From Narcine bancroftii (lineage: Eukaryota), in NCBI RefSeq assembly GCF_036971445.1, contig NC_091479.1, positions 90,396,001-90,460,000 of the forward strand: 64,000 bases of DNA, written 5' to 3'. Shown here one piece after another: positions 12,414 to 24,700 of the stretch. How positions within the stretch are numbered: the first letter of the stretch is position 1; each line of letters opens with the position of its first letter. The notes beneath the pieces were generated by a model, which worked only from the letters and a program-made list of their open reading frames with translations, searched no databases and was not told the DNA's origin. The translations under genes were made by a program, and so were the position numbers.

Positions 12414-15400
12414 ATGGGTGTAAAGGGTGGGGCCAGTACTGCGCGCACTGCACTCCACCTAAAAGCTCCTTTGCGCAGGCCCGAGGACAGGTCCACGTCC
12501 TCCCCCTCCACGTCCTCCCCCTCCACGTCCTCCCCCTCCACGTCCTCCCCCTCCACGTCCTCCCCCTCCACGTCCTCCCCCTCCACGTCCTCCCCCTCCA
12601 CGTCCTCCCCCTCAAAAGATGCTCACAAACTCAAGCTAGCATGCTGGAACATCAGAACCATGCTAGACAAGACTGACAGCCACCGACCTGAACGTCGGTC
12701 TGCCCTCATTGCACATGAACTCCTCAGACTTGACATCGACATAGCCGCTCTCAGTGAAGTCCGCCTGGCAGATGTAGGCAGCCTCCAAGAACGCGGCGCG
12801 GGCTACACACTCTACTGGTCTGGCAAGCCTTCGGATGAACGACGCCTATCTGGTGTAGGCTTCATGGTCAAGAGCTTCATTGCCTCCAAACTCGAAAACC
12901 TTCCGACAGGCCTCTCGGACCGAATCATGTCCATGCGACTCCCACTTCAAAACAAGCGTCACATCACCCTCATCAGTGTCTATGCTCCAACCCTCCAGGC
13001 GGAACCAGCAGAAAAGAACAAGTTCTACACCGACCTGCGCAACCTCATCCAACGTACCCCTACAGCCGACAAGGTTGTCATCCTGGGCGACTTCAACGCT
13101 CGTGTCGGCAAAGACTCAGAAACCTGGCCAGGAATCCTGGGCAAGCATGGCGTCGGCAAGTGCAACGACAATGGGCGCCTCCTGTTGGAGCTCTGCGCAG
13201 AACAGCGGCTTGTCATTACAAACACCCTTTTTCAGCAGAGGGACAGCCTTAAGACCACCTGGATGCATCCCCGATCCAAACACTGGCACCTCCTGGACTA
13301 CATCCTGGTGCGAGAAAGTGACAAACAAGATGTGCTCCACACCAGGGTCATGCCTAGCGCGGAATGCCACACTGACCACCGGCTGGTTCGCTGCAAGCTC
13401 AACCTTCACTTCAAGCCAAAGCCCAGGAACAATAAAGCCCCCAGAAAGAGGTTCAATGTTGGAAAACTGCAGTCAGACGAAGCGAGAGGAAACTTCCAGG
13501 CAAACCTCAAAGCAAAGCTCGACGTTGCAACCCGCCTCACGGACCCGTCCCCTGAAACCCTCTGGGATCAGTTGAAGGCTACCATACTGCAATCCACTGA
13601 AGAGGTACTGGGCTTCTCCTCCAGGAAAAACAAGGACTGGTTTGACGAAAACAGCCAGGAAATCCAGGAGCTGCTGGCAAAGAAGCGAGCTGCCCACCAG
13701 GCTCACCTTACAAAGCCGTCCTGTCCAGAGAAGAAACAAGCCTTCCGTCGCGCATGCAGCCATCTTCAGCGCAAACTCCGGGAGATCCAAAATGAGTGGT
13801 GGACTAGCCTCGCCAAACGAACACAGCTCAGCGCGGACATTGGCGACTTCAGGGGTTTCTACGAGGCTCTAAAGGCTGTGTACGGCCCCTCACCCCAAGT
13901 CCAAAGCCCGCTGCGCAGCTCAGACGGCAAAGTCCTCCTCAGCGACAAGATCTCCATCCTCAACCGATGGTCAGAACACTTCCAATCTCTTTTCAGTACC
14001 AACCGCTCAGTCCAAGATTCCGCCCTGCTCCAGCTCCCTCAACAGCCCCTAAGGCTAGAGCTGGATGAGGTTCCCACCCTGGATGAGACATATAAGGCAA
14101 TCGAACAACTGAAAAGTGGCAAAGCAGCAGGTATGGATGGAATCCCCCCAGAAGTCTGGAAGGCTGGCGGCAAAACTCTGCATGCCAAACTGCATGAGTT
14201 TTTCAAGCTTTGTTGGGACCAAGGTAAACTGCCTCAGGATCTTCGTGATGCCACCATCATCACCCTGTACAAAAACAAAGGCGAGAAATCAGACTGCTCA
14301 AACTACAGGGGAATCACGTTGCTCTCCATTGCAGGCAAAATCTTCACTAGGATTCTACTAAATAGAATAATACCTAGTGTCGCTGAGAATATTCTCCCAG
14401 AATCACAGTGCGGCTTTCGCGCAAACAGAGGAACCACTGACATGGTCTTTGCCCTCAGACAGCTCCAAGAAAAGTGCAGAGAACAAAACAAAGGACTCTA
14501 CATCACCTTTGTTGACCTCACCAAAGCCTTCGACACCGTGAGCAGGAAAGGGCTTTGGCAAATACTAGAGCGCATCGGATGTCCCCCAAAGTTCCTCAAC
14601 ATGATTATCCAACTGCACGAAAACCAACAAGGTCGGGTCAGATACAGCAATGAGCTCTCTGAACCCTTCTCCATTAACAATGGCGTGAAGCAAGGCTGTG
14701 TTCTCGCACCAACCCTCTTTTCAATCTTCTTCAGCATGATGCTGAACCAAGCCATGAAAGACCCCAACAATGAAGACGCTGTTTACATCCGGTACCGCAC
14801 GGATGGCAGTCTCTTCAATCTGAGGCGCCTGCAAGCTCACACCAAGACACAAGAGAAACTTGTCCGTGAACTACTCTTTGCAGATGATGCCGCTTTAGTT
14901 GCCCATTCAGAGCCAGCTCTTCAGCGCTTGACGTCCTGCTTTGTGGAAACTGCCAAAATGTTTGGCCTGGAAGTCAGCCTGAAGAAAACTGAGGTCCTCC
15001 ATCAGCCAGCTCCCCACCATGACTACCAGCCCCCCCACATCTCCATCGGGCACACAAAACTCAAAACGGTCAACCAGTTTACCTATCTTGGCTGCACCAT
15101 TTCATCAGATGCAAGGATCGACAATGAGATAGACAACAGACTCGCCAAGGCAAATAGCGCCTTTGGAAGACTACACAAAAGAGTCTGGAAAAACAACCAA
15201 CTGAAAAACCTCACAAAGATAAGCGTATACAGAGCCGTTGTCATACCCACACTCCTGTTCGGCTCCGAATCATGGGTCCTCTACCGGCACCACCTACGGC
15301 TCCTAGAACGCTTCCACCAGCGTTGTCTCCGCTCCATCCTCAACATCCATTGGAGCGCTCACACCCCTAACGTCGAGGTACTCGAGATGGCAGAGGTCGA

Positions 15401-15815
15401 CAGCATCGAGTCCACGCTGCTGAAGATCCAGCTGCGCTGGATGGGTCACGTCTCCAGAATGGAGGACCATCGCCTTCCCAAGATCGTATTATATGGCGAG
15501 CTCTCCACTGGCCACCGTGACAGAGGTGCACCAAAGAAAAGGTACAAGGACTGCCTAAAGAAATCTCTTGGTGCCTGCCACATTGACCACCGCCAGTGGG
15601 CTGATAACGCCTCAAACCGTGCATCTTGGCGCCTCACAGTTTGGCGGGCAGCAGCCTCCTTTGAAGAAGACCGCAGAGCCCACCTCACTGACAAAAGGCA
15701 AAGGAGGAAAAACCCAACACCCAACCCCAACCAACCAATTTTCCCTTGCAACCGCTGCAATCGTGTCTGCCTGTCCCGCATCGGACTGGTCAGCCACAAA
15801 CGAGCCTGCAGCTGA
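12414..15815 (+). CDS. RTE endonuclease/reverse transcriptase polyprotein (1133 aa from the ATG in ACCATGG)
   Basis: APE motifs WNIRT, LSEVR, YAPT, GDFN, LDYI, TDH. RT motifs QCGFR, DLTKAFD, GVKQGCVLAP, LFADD. C-terminal C2HC finger CNRC...HKRAC. No stops. Confidence 0.95.
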   Translation: MGVKGGASTARTALHLKAPLRRPEDRSTSSPSTSSPSTSSPSTSSPSTSSPSTSSPSTSSPSTSSPSKDAHKLKLACWNIRTMLDKTDSHRPERRSALIAHELLRLDIDIAALSEVRLADVGSLQERGAGYTLYWSGKPSDERRLSGVGFMVKSFIASKLENLPTGLSDRIMSMRLPLQNKRHITLISVYAPTLQAEPAEKNKFYTDLRNLIQRTPTADKVVILGDFNARVGKDSETWPGILGKHGVGKCNDNGRLLLELCAEQRLVITNTLFQQRDSLKTTWMHPRSKHWHLLDYILVRESDKQDVLHTRVMPSAECHTDHRLVRCKLNLHFKPKPRNNKAPRKRFNVGKLQSDEARGNFQANLKAKLDVATRLTDPSPETLWDQLKATILQSTEEVLGFSSRKNKDWFDENSQEIQELLAKKRAAHQAHLTKPSCPEKKQAFRRACSHLQRKLREIQNEWWTSLAKRTQLSADIGDFRGFYEALKAVYGPSPQVQSPLRSSDGKVLLSDKISILNRWSEHFQSLFSTNRSVQDSALLQLPQQPLRLELDEVPTLDETYKAIEQLKSGKAAGMDGIPPEVWKAGGKTLHAKLHEFFKLCWDQGKLPQDLRDATIITLYKNKGEKSDCSNYRGITLLSIAGKIFTRILLNRIIPSVAENILPESQCGFRANRGTTDMVFALRQLQEKCREQNKGLYITFVDLTKAFDTVSRKGLWQILERIGCPPKFLNMIIQLHENQQGRVRYSNELSEPFSINNGVKQGCVLAPTLFSIFFSMMLNQAMKDPNNEDAVYIRYRTDGSLFNLRRLQAHTKTQEKLVRELLFADDAALVAHSEPALQRLTSCFVETAKMFGLEVSLKKTEVLHQPAPHHDYQPPHISIGHTKLKTVNQFTYLGCTISSDARIDNEIDNRLAKANSAFGRLHKRVWKNNQLKNLTKISVYRAVVIPTLLFGSESWVLYRHHLRLLERFHQRCLRSILNIHWSAHTPNVEVLEMAEVDSIESTLLKIQLRWMGHVSRMEDHRLPKIVLYGELSTGHRDRGAPKKRYKDCLKKSLGACHIDHRQWADNASNRASWRLTVWRAAASFEEDRRAHLTDKRQRRKNPTPNPNQPIFPCNRCNRVCLSRIGLVSHKRACS
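12492..12611 (+). repeat. 15-bp minisatellite (TCCACGTCCTCCCCC)x8, in frame, encoding (STSSP)8
   Basis: Eight perfect units counted directly. Confidence 0.97.
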
Positions 15816-18800
15816 CGTGGACTTTTTTACCCCCTCCATAAATCTTCGTCCGCGAAGCCAAGCCAAAGAATCCTACAGAGAAAGATTTTTCTTTTAATTC
15901 GTCACGACATGATTCCTTTTCTAGGATTGATTTTTTTTGGTATCTGCACACCTACAGTGTAGAGCACTGCAAGCTGAATATAAGAGAAGAGTTCTATCTG
16001 ACCATTCATTATTATTTTTTTCTTGTGTAAGTTCAGAAGTGGTATGTTCGTCGTATAGATGGTTTAATGCAATGTTATTTAAAAAACCACGTTTGTTACT
16101 TTTGTTAAAGAGCATATCTCTTTATTTTTGACTGAGAATATTAATTCTGTGGATAGTCATTTTGTAGTATGGGATGCGTTAAAAGCTTATTTGAGGGGAC
16201 AGGTTATTAGTTATTCTATGAAAGTTAAGAAGCAACATATGGCAGAAAGTTTAATGTTGGAAAATTAGATTGCTGAGTTAGAGAAAGATTTTCAGAAAGA
16301 TGTGACTGAAAACAAAAAAGCTGCATTAGCAAAATTGAAATTATACTATAATACTAAACAAACATATCAGTTTGAGCATTAAATTAATCGAACTAAACAA
16401 CGTTATTATGAGTTGGAAGAAAGAGCTCATAAAGTACTTGCTTGGCAATTGAAAGCTGAACAGGCATCTCGGACTATTAATGCCATTAAAAAATTCAATA
16501 ATTACCTATAAGCCTCAGGAAATTAATTATCATTTTTATTCATTCTATAAAAAATTATATACTTCTGAGGTGAAGCAGGATAATGGTTCTATTGGATCTT
16601 ATTTATCTCAGGTTACCAGTACTAGATGAGAAAGATATTCAGGAATTGGAATCTCCATTTACAGATTTTGAAATTAAGGAAGCTATACAGGAAATGCCAA
16701 ATGGGAAGTCCCCAAGGGATGATGGATTTCCTGTGGAATTTTATAAATTTTTTAATGATGATTTATCTGGTGTATTTGGAGATGTGTTAAAACAAGTTAC
16801 TGAAGAACAGAAGCTGCTGGAATCTTGTTCAAGTGCTTTAATAACTGTTATTCCAAAAAAAATAGAGTTCCATTAAAAGTGTCTTCATATAGACCTATTT
16901 CTTTATTAAATGTAGATTATAAAATTATAGCCAAGGTATTAGCTAATAGACTTGCTACATACTTACTAATAGACTTACTACATACTTACTGATCAAACAG
17001 GTTTTATTAAGAACAGAAATGCATCAAATAATATTCTTCGATTAATTACTTTGGTCAATGCATACTGAAAGCAGCCTAACCTACTGGTTTCATTAGATGC
17101 AGAAAAGGCTTTTGTGGGATTTTTTATTTAAGGTGTTAGAAAAGTTTAAAATTTTAAAGTTTAAAAAAGTTTAAATGTGGTCCTTTTTTTATTGGTTGGG
17201 TTAAAGCCTTATATAAGAACCCGATTGCTAGGGTGGTGACAAATGGTCAGATCACTTTACCATTTAGGTTGACTCATTCAACTCGGTAGGGCTGCCCATT
17301 GTCACCTGCCTTATTTGTGTTGGCTATTGAACCATTAGCTCAGACAATTAGGCAAAATGATGAAATTAGAGGGATGAAGGCTATGAATTAGGAATATAAG
17401 ATTAATTTATTTGCAGATGATGTATTGATATATTTGACGGAACCAGAACGGTCGTTGAAGCAGTGACAAGAGTGTTGGTCGAAATTTGGAGAACTGTCAG
17501 GATATAAAGTTAATTGGGATAAAAATCAAATTTTACCAGTTGGAATAGGAGATTATTCAGAATTTAAAATTATTACAAAATTAAGGTGAACAAATAAAAT
17601 GAAATATTTAGTTGTGTTTGAAGTTGTTAATTATCAGTCATCGTATCAGTTAAATTATGTGCCTATATTAAAATGGATTAAAGCAGATTTGATTAAGTGG
17701 AAAGATATTCCATTAAAATTGATTGGAAGAGTCAATTGTATTAAAATGAATATTTTCCCCAAAATTCAATATTTATACTTTCAAAAGGTTTTTTTTTCAG
17801 GATTTAAATAAGGTATTGTGGAAGTTTTTATTGAAAGGTAAATTAGCTTGAGTGGCATTGTATAAACGTACATGGAAATATGCATTAGGTACACTTCAGC
17901 TACCACATTTTCAAAATTATTATGAAGTGGTCCAGTTGAAGTTTATTAGCAGGTTGATGGATCTAGATCAACCTCCCAGCTGGGCTAAGGTGGAAATGGC
18001 ATGTATTTCTGAGGTTGAGATATATGAATTTATATTTCGTTGGAACTTGAATTTGTTACAGGAATATAATATGCCGGTATTGAAACTTTTGTTAAATATC
18101 TTTATTTTAAAAAAGGGTTTTGGGATCAAAAGATAAATTATCAATTTTAACTCCATTATATAATAACCAGCTATTTTCTTTTTCAATGTTTAATAATTAT
18201 GTTGGGATTTTAAGGGTATAAAGACAATACAGGATTGTTTTGAAGAGGGGCAATTTCTTTCTTTTAATCAATTGAGAGAGAGATTTGATATATCTGTAAA
18301 TTCTTTGTTTGTGTATTATCAACTTAGAGCCTTGGTAAAGGATAATTATGGTAGAGAGATGAATTTACCCACTTTGTCGAGATTTGAGTGTTTGATTTCC
18401 TCTGTACCAAAGAATGGTTCTATTTCGGTTATGTACAATTTGTTACAAGATAATATGGATAAATCGGATTGGAATAAATCTAAACTTGAATGGGAGAGTG
18501 ATTTCGTTTTTATTTTTCCTGAAGATGATTGGGCGGATAGGTGTCACGACAATGTAATCAAATTGACAAATGTTAGATAAAGAATGGTTAATTATAATTT
18601 TTTACATCGATTATATTTGACTCCAAAGAAACTGAAAAAAATATGGATTTAGTAATTCAGACTTATGTTTTAGATGTAATTCATGTATTGGAACTTTTTT
18701 ACATGCTTTGTGGACTTGTGTTAAAATTCAACCATTCTGGCAAGGAATTAAAGTAGTTTTGGAAAAATTGTATAACTTTACATTACCATTAGACCCAATG

Positions 18801-19599
18801 ATTTTCTTGTTGGGTAATTTAATTTCGTTGAGGAGATTAGGTTTGGATAAAATTCAAATTGCTTTTGTACGTTTGGTGTTATCAGTAGCACGTAAATGTG
18901 TTGCGAGTATTTGGAAAGACAATACAGAGATTAATATTCGACATTGGCTTAATGAATTAAAACTTGTATTGTTATGGAAAATGTACTTAAAATTTACATG
19001 ATAATTATTCATTTTTTGTTAGCAAATGGTCTCCGTATTTGGAATATATGCATTTAGATATACTTTGAATTGTTCTTAACATTTATAATTTTTTTAATAT
19101 ATAATTTATATTTTTGGCTCCCCTTAAGGGAGCTGGCTGAAGGGGTGGGAGGGTGGGTTTGGGTTTTTAAAAAATATATATATTTATTTATTTATTTTAC
19201 ATTTTATTTTATTTTTCTGTCTTTTTTTATATATATATCTTTGTAAAATTAATTTTTGATGATTATTGTTATGTTATGTTTTTTCTATCTTTAAATAAAG
19301 TTTGAAAACAAAAGAAGCTTTCTGTTTTCCACTTTTTGACTTGGTCTGCACAGCACATATCCATGTATGGCTTCTGGGTGGGGAAACCTCTGAATGAGGA
19401 GATGCACTCGGCATCAGCTGTTTTGATCAATTTTGTGACAATTCTGGTGTAATCGTTCAGATCCTCAGCTGAATTCTTAGACATCACTATCTTAGGCCAA
19501 TATGCTTCAATACTCCTTGAGTTAGGAAGGCAAAATAATTCCTAATAATTGCTCATCTATGAGCTAAATACAGCAAATCCCCTTTTCCTTCATGTAACA

Positions 19600-20265
19600 C
19601 ATTTCATGCAACAAATGCAACTTGCATCCTTTTACCCACCCCCCCCCCCCCCACCTACCTCCCCTGAATCCAAAGAATCAAATACTCCTTCCAGATGAAC
19701 CAGCAATTTACTTCCATATTCTCCAAGATACTGTGGCTGTTCAGTGTTGTTCCTTCTTATGCTGATATGACTACCAGCTTACTGTAGGGGGTGGGGAGGG
19801 AACATCTGTGCCGGTAGGAAGACCACTTAAGGGAGCTGACTCCACCTGGCTGGCTGTCAATCAACCAACCTGAATGTAAACCTGAGCCGGCCCCTGCTGG
19901 GCCAGTCGCTCGTGGAGTCATCAGGACAGACACTGGTGTACAGACTTTTAATGGATTCAACCCTGTTTTACAGACTTTGCTGTGTTTGCTTGTTGCACCA
20001 GACTTCTACAATAAAGAAGCAAAATGCAGAGCATGTGATGATTTTACTGAACACCTCCATTCACTCCACAAGGAGGCCCTAAGCTTCCTGACTCTTTAAT
20101 CTTCCATCATACCTCCATTCTGATCATTTTTAGTCATTCATCTCCTATATTGTTTCAATGAAGCTCAGTTTAACAACAGCAGCTCATCTTCAATGAGACC
20201 CATTATCATCTTCAGGATTCAACATCAAGTTTAACAATTTCAGAGAGTTGATCATTATATTCTTC
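19600..20265 (+). mobile_element. Decayed Penelope-like element, GIY-YIG region
   Basis: Degenerate peptides resembling SFQM.QQFT, FTEHLHS and QQLIF, ending TTCAACATCAAGTTTAACAATTTCAG. Interrupted by a solo LTR. Confidence 0.5.
19758..20002 (+). mobile_element. Short solo LTR, older copy
   Basis: Homologous to 54237-54475 (GGAAGACCAC, GCTGACTCCACCTGGC.GGCTGTCAATCA). 5-bp TSD CTTCT at 19753-19757 and 20003-20007. Confidence 0.8.
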
Positions 20266-20344
20266 CGTCTCACATTCCTGGACTAATTTTTCTCTCACTC
20301 TTTAGCTATTTTGGCTTCCCTTCCCATTTGCACCTCCTTTCATA

Positions 20345-21816
20345 CATAATGTTTGGGACTAAGGCATTTTTTCCCCTTTATTTGCCCCTGTGCTCCACAG
20401 TTTTACATTTGTAATCAAACAATTCACATGTGGTTAAGGTGCACAGTCTAAATTTTGTTCAGTTTCGTTTGACCATGTAGAAATTACAACATTTTTTACA
20501 CAGAGTTCCCCCATTTCAGAACACTGTAAAGTTTGGGACATTTGGCTTTACAGGTTTGTTTAATTGCTTCATTGGTGCAGGTAAGGTTTTGATCACCTGT
20601 GGAATCTGTAGTTGCCATTTTTAAACATGAGGAGCAGAGGTGTGTCAATGAAAGTCAAAGAAGCCATTATGAGGCTGAAAAATGAGAATAAAACAGTAAG
20701 AGACATTGCCCAAACCTTAGGATTACCAAAATCAACTGTTTGGAACATCATTAAGAACAAAGAGCATACTGGTGAGGTCAATATTCGCAAAGGGACTGGT
20801 AGGCCAAGGAAGACGTCCACTGCTGGTGACAGAAGAATTCTCATCTTAATGAAGAAAAATCCCCAAATGCCTGTTTGACAGATCAGAAACACTCTTTAGG
20901 AGGCAGGTGTGGATGTGTCAATGACCACCATCTGCAGACTTCACGAACAGAAATACAGAGGCTACACTACAACATTTGTCAGCTAGCCATAGAAGCAAAT
21001 TGGTCAGATTACAGCTTGCCAAGAAGTATTTAAAAGAGTTTGTAGAATTCTGGAAAAAGGTCTTGTGGACAGACAAAACCAAGATTAACCTGTATCAGAA
21101 TGATGGCAAAAGCAAAGTGTGAAGGCATAAAGGTACTGCCCATGATCCAAAGCAAACCATATCATCTGTGAAACATGGTGATGGGGGTGTTATGCCCTGG
21201 GCATGTATAGCTGCCACAGTGCACCTGTCTTAATTGATGATGTAATTGCTGATCACGATAGCAAAATGAATTCTGAGGTGTAGAGAAACGTATTATCTGC
21301 TCAAGTTCGAGCAAATGTCTCCAAACACATTGGATGGCGCTTCATCATTCTTCTAAAGCAACAAAGGAGTTTATCAAAGGTAAAACCTGAAAAATTCTTG
21401 AATGGTCAAGTCCAATCTAAATCTAATTGAGCATGCCTTCCATATGCTGAAGAGAAAACCTAAGGGACAAGCCCCTAAAACAAGCAGGATCTGAAAATGG
21501 CTGCAGTGGAGGCGAGGTTGAGCATCACCAGAGAAGATACTCAGCACTGGTGATGTCTATGAATCACAGTCATTGCATGCAAGGGATATGCCACAAAGTA
21601 CTACTTTAATATACTGTACATACCATTGCTATGTCCCAAATATTATGCAGCCCTGAAATGAGAGCTGTAATTTTTACATGGTCAAACCAAAATGTACAGA
21701 AATAACCTTGCGTAAAATTTGGAATGTGCACTTTAATCACATGTGGATTGTTTGATTACAAATTTAAAACTGTGGAGTACAGAGGAAAATAAATGATAAA
21801 AGTGTCTTTGTCCCTG
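20345..21816 (+). mobile_element. Tc1-like IR/DR DNA transposon with a pseudogenised transposase (~20627-21603)
   Basis: ~200-bp terminal inverted repeats with internal GTTTGGGAC direct repeats and TA flanks. HTH region IAQTLGLPKSTV, GRPRK motif, VLWTD, LIEH, GYATKY. Stops are present and the second catalytic Asp region is deleted. Confidence 0.92.
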
Positions 21817-22599
21817 TATCTCCACCATTTTCTTCCAATTGGCACAATTACATTTGTGTCATTCAAACACTCCTGATTTCCGCTCTCTCACAGAATATTC
21901 CTTTTGCTTTCTGTGGCTCTCCTCCTTTTCTCAACATTTGAAAACTTGTTTCATTTCAACATTTGTCCATCTATGAAATAGCATTGTCTAGAAACATCAA
22001 GTTAGTTAATCTCCTGATGCAAGGTCTTAACCCATTGATCTCCTGCTTGACCCATAGAATTGTTCCAGCAGTTTATTTTTTGTTCCAAGTTCCAGCTTCT
22101 TTGGTCTCTTCTGTCCCCATTAATTCCGTTTCTGTCTCTACAAATGCTGCTTGACCAGTTGAATATTTCTGACGTTTTCCATTTTTAATTCAGTTCTACC
22201 CAACCTATTGTATATATTCACGTAAAGGTCGATGCAGTGTAAAAATCAACCCCTCTATTTTTGGCCCCAAAGTCTAGTATTTTAGTCTCTTCACCCTGGG
22301 TGTCCGTCCATCGGAGCTCCCGATGCCTTGTGCCTAGATTTACCACCCAGTTCCGGCCGGCCACCCACCCTTCAGAGCTCCCGATACCTCGGCCAATGGC
22401 ACAGTCAAAAGTAGCATCTGTTTAATTGTCAACCCCATAAATGTACTGTTAGAAAATGAGTATAAAGGATAAAATGCCTCATATCAAAAAATGCAGTGGC
22501 ATTGTGCGAGATTTTATCTTGGGCTGCCTGGTACAGACAGGATAATTATGGCATGAAAATGCCATGGATACATTATAAATTTGATCACTACCATTTTCA

Positions 22600-23500
22600 G
22601 AGGGGGTGAACTTCTGGCATTGCCTTGTTTCGAGCAGCAGCAACTCCCCCTCCTGCAGTCAAGAAAGATAGATAAGTTAGCAGAACTTCGAGAGGCGAGG
22701 AGCCGGTAAGGCAGACTATTCACCTTGGAGTCCTCCAAGATCATCTCCCAATCCAGAGTCCATACAGTTGATCAGGATGAGACATTTTCATGTTTCTTCT
22801 TGCAAAAAGGTTCACGGGGGAAGCTCTGTGACCCACAGCCTCAAGGAAGCGGATGGCCCAGTCACATTCTCATAAGGCCATAGACAGAGCAGCCTCCCAA
22901 AACTTCCTGCCCTCCTTCACGGAGATCTTATACGACAGTAAGGGGGAGAGTCTGTACCAGCCAATTATCCTGGGGGGGGTGTTGGGGGGGAGTTGACGGA
23001 CCTTATATGTTCCTTTGAGTCAAGTAAAATTCCCAGAAGTGACAGCTTACTAGCTAAGTTGTACATGGCACAAGGGGTTCTGGTTGGGTCTGGACCAGCT
23101 GGAAGTATACAGCACTATGCTCCTGACAGACGGTATGTTGGACTCCATGAGAAAGGGCATCATCACACACAAATCTTCAAACAGAAGGGCAGAATGAGAA
23201 TATCAGGAATTGGAAAACTTATAGTATATCATTGTTAAACATTGACTACAAGAGCCTGTCCAAAGCCATCATCAACTGAGGTAGGTCTGTTTTGGAACAG
23301 GTCATCCAACCAGACCAAACTTATACTATTTTGCCCAGGAAAATCTCTGGCAGCCTCGTGCTGCTCAGGGATCCCATTGCCTCTGTGCAGGACATGAGGG
23401 TTAGGCATCTACCTAGTCAACTTGCACTAAGTGAAGTCTTCCAACTGCTTATTGCCCATGTACATAATAGATGTGCTCTCTGAAATGGGTTTTGAAATCT
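22600..23500 (+). mobile_element. Tx1-type LINE ORF2 internal fragment
   Basis: Degenerate peptides ELTDLICSFESSKIP, LLNIDYK and EQVIQPDQTY. Confidence 0.65.
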
Positions 23501-23739
23501 GGAACCTGTTGAGAGCTCAATCACGGCCACTTAAGTTTGGAGGTCTGATGTACAACACAAGGAACAGGGACAACATATGGAAAACCATCTCTCAGGTGAA
23601 GAGGAGATTCTGCATGAGAATGGAAACAATGAAGAATTCCCAACAGCTGTGGCAGGGTCTGTTACCAAACCAAATCCGGTGCAGTAGGAGACAGGAAAGC
23701 TTCACTCTCAGATTAATTCAATGCTTTCTATGTCTGATT

Positions 23740-24700
23740 TGATCACCAGAACAAGGAAGAACCAGTGCACACCCCTATGACCTCTGATAATCCTCTACTG
23801 TCAGATACGAAGATGACATATAAGCTGTCTTCGGGCGAGTGAATCCAAGGAAAGCATATGGACTGAACTGAGTACTCGGCCGAGTACTGAAAACCTATGC
23901 TGACCAACTGACCAATGTATTCATGGATATCTTCAACATCTCATTCTGACAGGGTGTGGACCCACCTGCTTCAAACAGGCCTCACTCCTACCAGAGCCCA
24001 AAAGGAGTGTGGTAACCTGCCTAAATGACTACTGACGAGTGGCACTCACATCCACAGAGGCAAAGTGCTTTGAGAGACGAGTGTTAAAGCATATTAGCTC
24101 CTGTCTGAGCAGTTACATGGATCCATTCCAATTTGCCTCCTGCAACAACAGGTCTACGGCATATGTCATCTCACTTTGCACAAAGCCCTGGAACACCTGA
24201 ACAGAAAAGATGCATACATCAGGAAGCTTTTTATCGACTACATTTTGGCATTCAATACCATCATCCCCTCAAAACTGATCAAAAAATTTCAAGACCTGCA
24301 CCTCAATACCTCACTCTGTAATTGGATCTTTCCTCACCTCCAGTCCACCATCAGTGTGAATTGGCAAGAAAATCTCCTCCACAATCTTCATCCGTACCAG
24401 AGCACGACAGGGCTGTGTACTTATCCCCCTGCTCTAGTCACTTTACACTCATGAATGTTTGGCTCAGTACGACAACAACACCATCTACAAATTTGCTTCT
24501 TCTTACAGGCTGTGAGATTGATGAACCATAACCAAATAAATCATCCCAAAAATATATATATTTATTTTAAATTATATCTTTTTGTATGCAAGTGATTATT
24601 ATGTGCTGTGTATTGTGTGTATGTATGTGTTTGCAGTATAGTCTGGAGAAATGCTGTTTTCTGTATGCATAGATGATAATAAACGAACTTGTACATACCT
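23740..24700 (+). mobile_element. Rex1/Babar-type LINE RT fragment
   Basis: Peptides [44 protein letters not shown] and LCNWI. Confidence 0.75.

Larger units (their letters stand above)
12164..15868 (+). mobile_element. Full-length or near full-length RTE-clade (BovB-like) non-LTR retrotransposon
   Basis: GC-rich leader, one intact ORF, short 3' UTR ending GCCAAGCCAAAG. TSD AATCCTA at 12157-12163 and 15869-15875; the L1 reading resumes after it. Confidence 0.96.
11225..19315 (+). mobile_element. Decayed L1-clade LINE (ORF1 end, ORF2, 3' UTR), interrupted by the RTE
   Basis: APE motifs (TFNVQGLN, FLQETH, GGDFN, IWRKVNP), RT motifs (YRPISLLNVDYKI, SLDAEKAF, LFADD) and a C-terminal Cys/His region, with many stops and frameshifts. 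AATAAA and A-rich tail at ~19295. Confidence 0.92.

Noticed and set aside
12300-12480. HDV-like or twister ribozyme in the RTE leader
   Set aside because: Partial resemblances (GTCCCAGC, AGCCCGGGTAA), but I could not build the required helices and pseudoknots by eye.
12492-12611. Regular repeat array as a possible CRISPR
   Set aside because: No spacers, 15-bp head-to-tail units, eukaryotic context.
12009-15897. Many overlapping and antisense ORFs (for example RGRTW and EGEDV repeats)
   Set aside because: Shadow frames of the GC-rich RTE ORF and its minisatellite.
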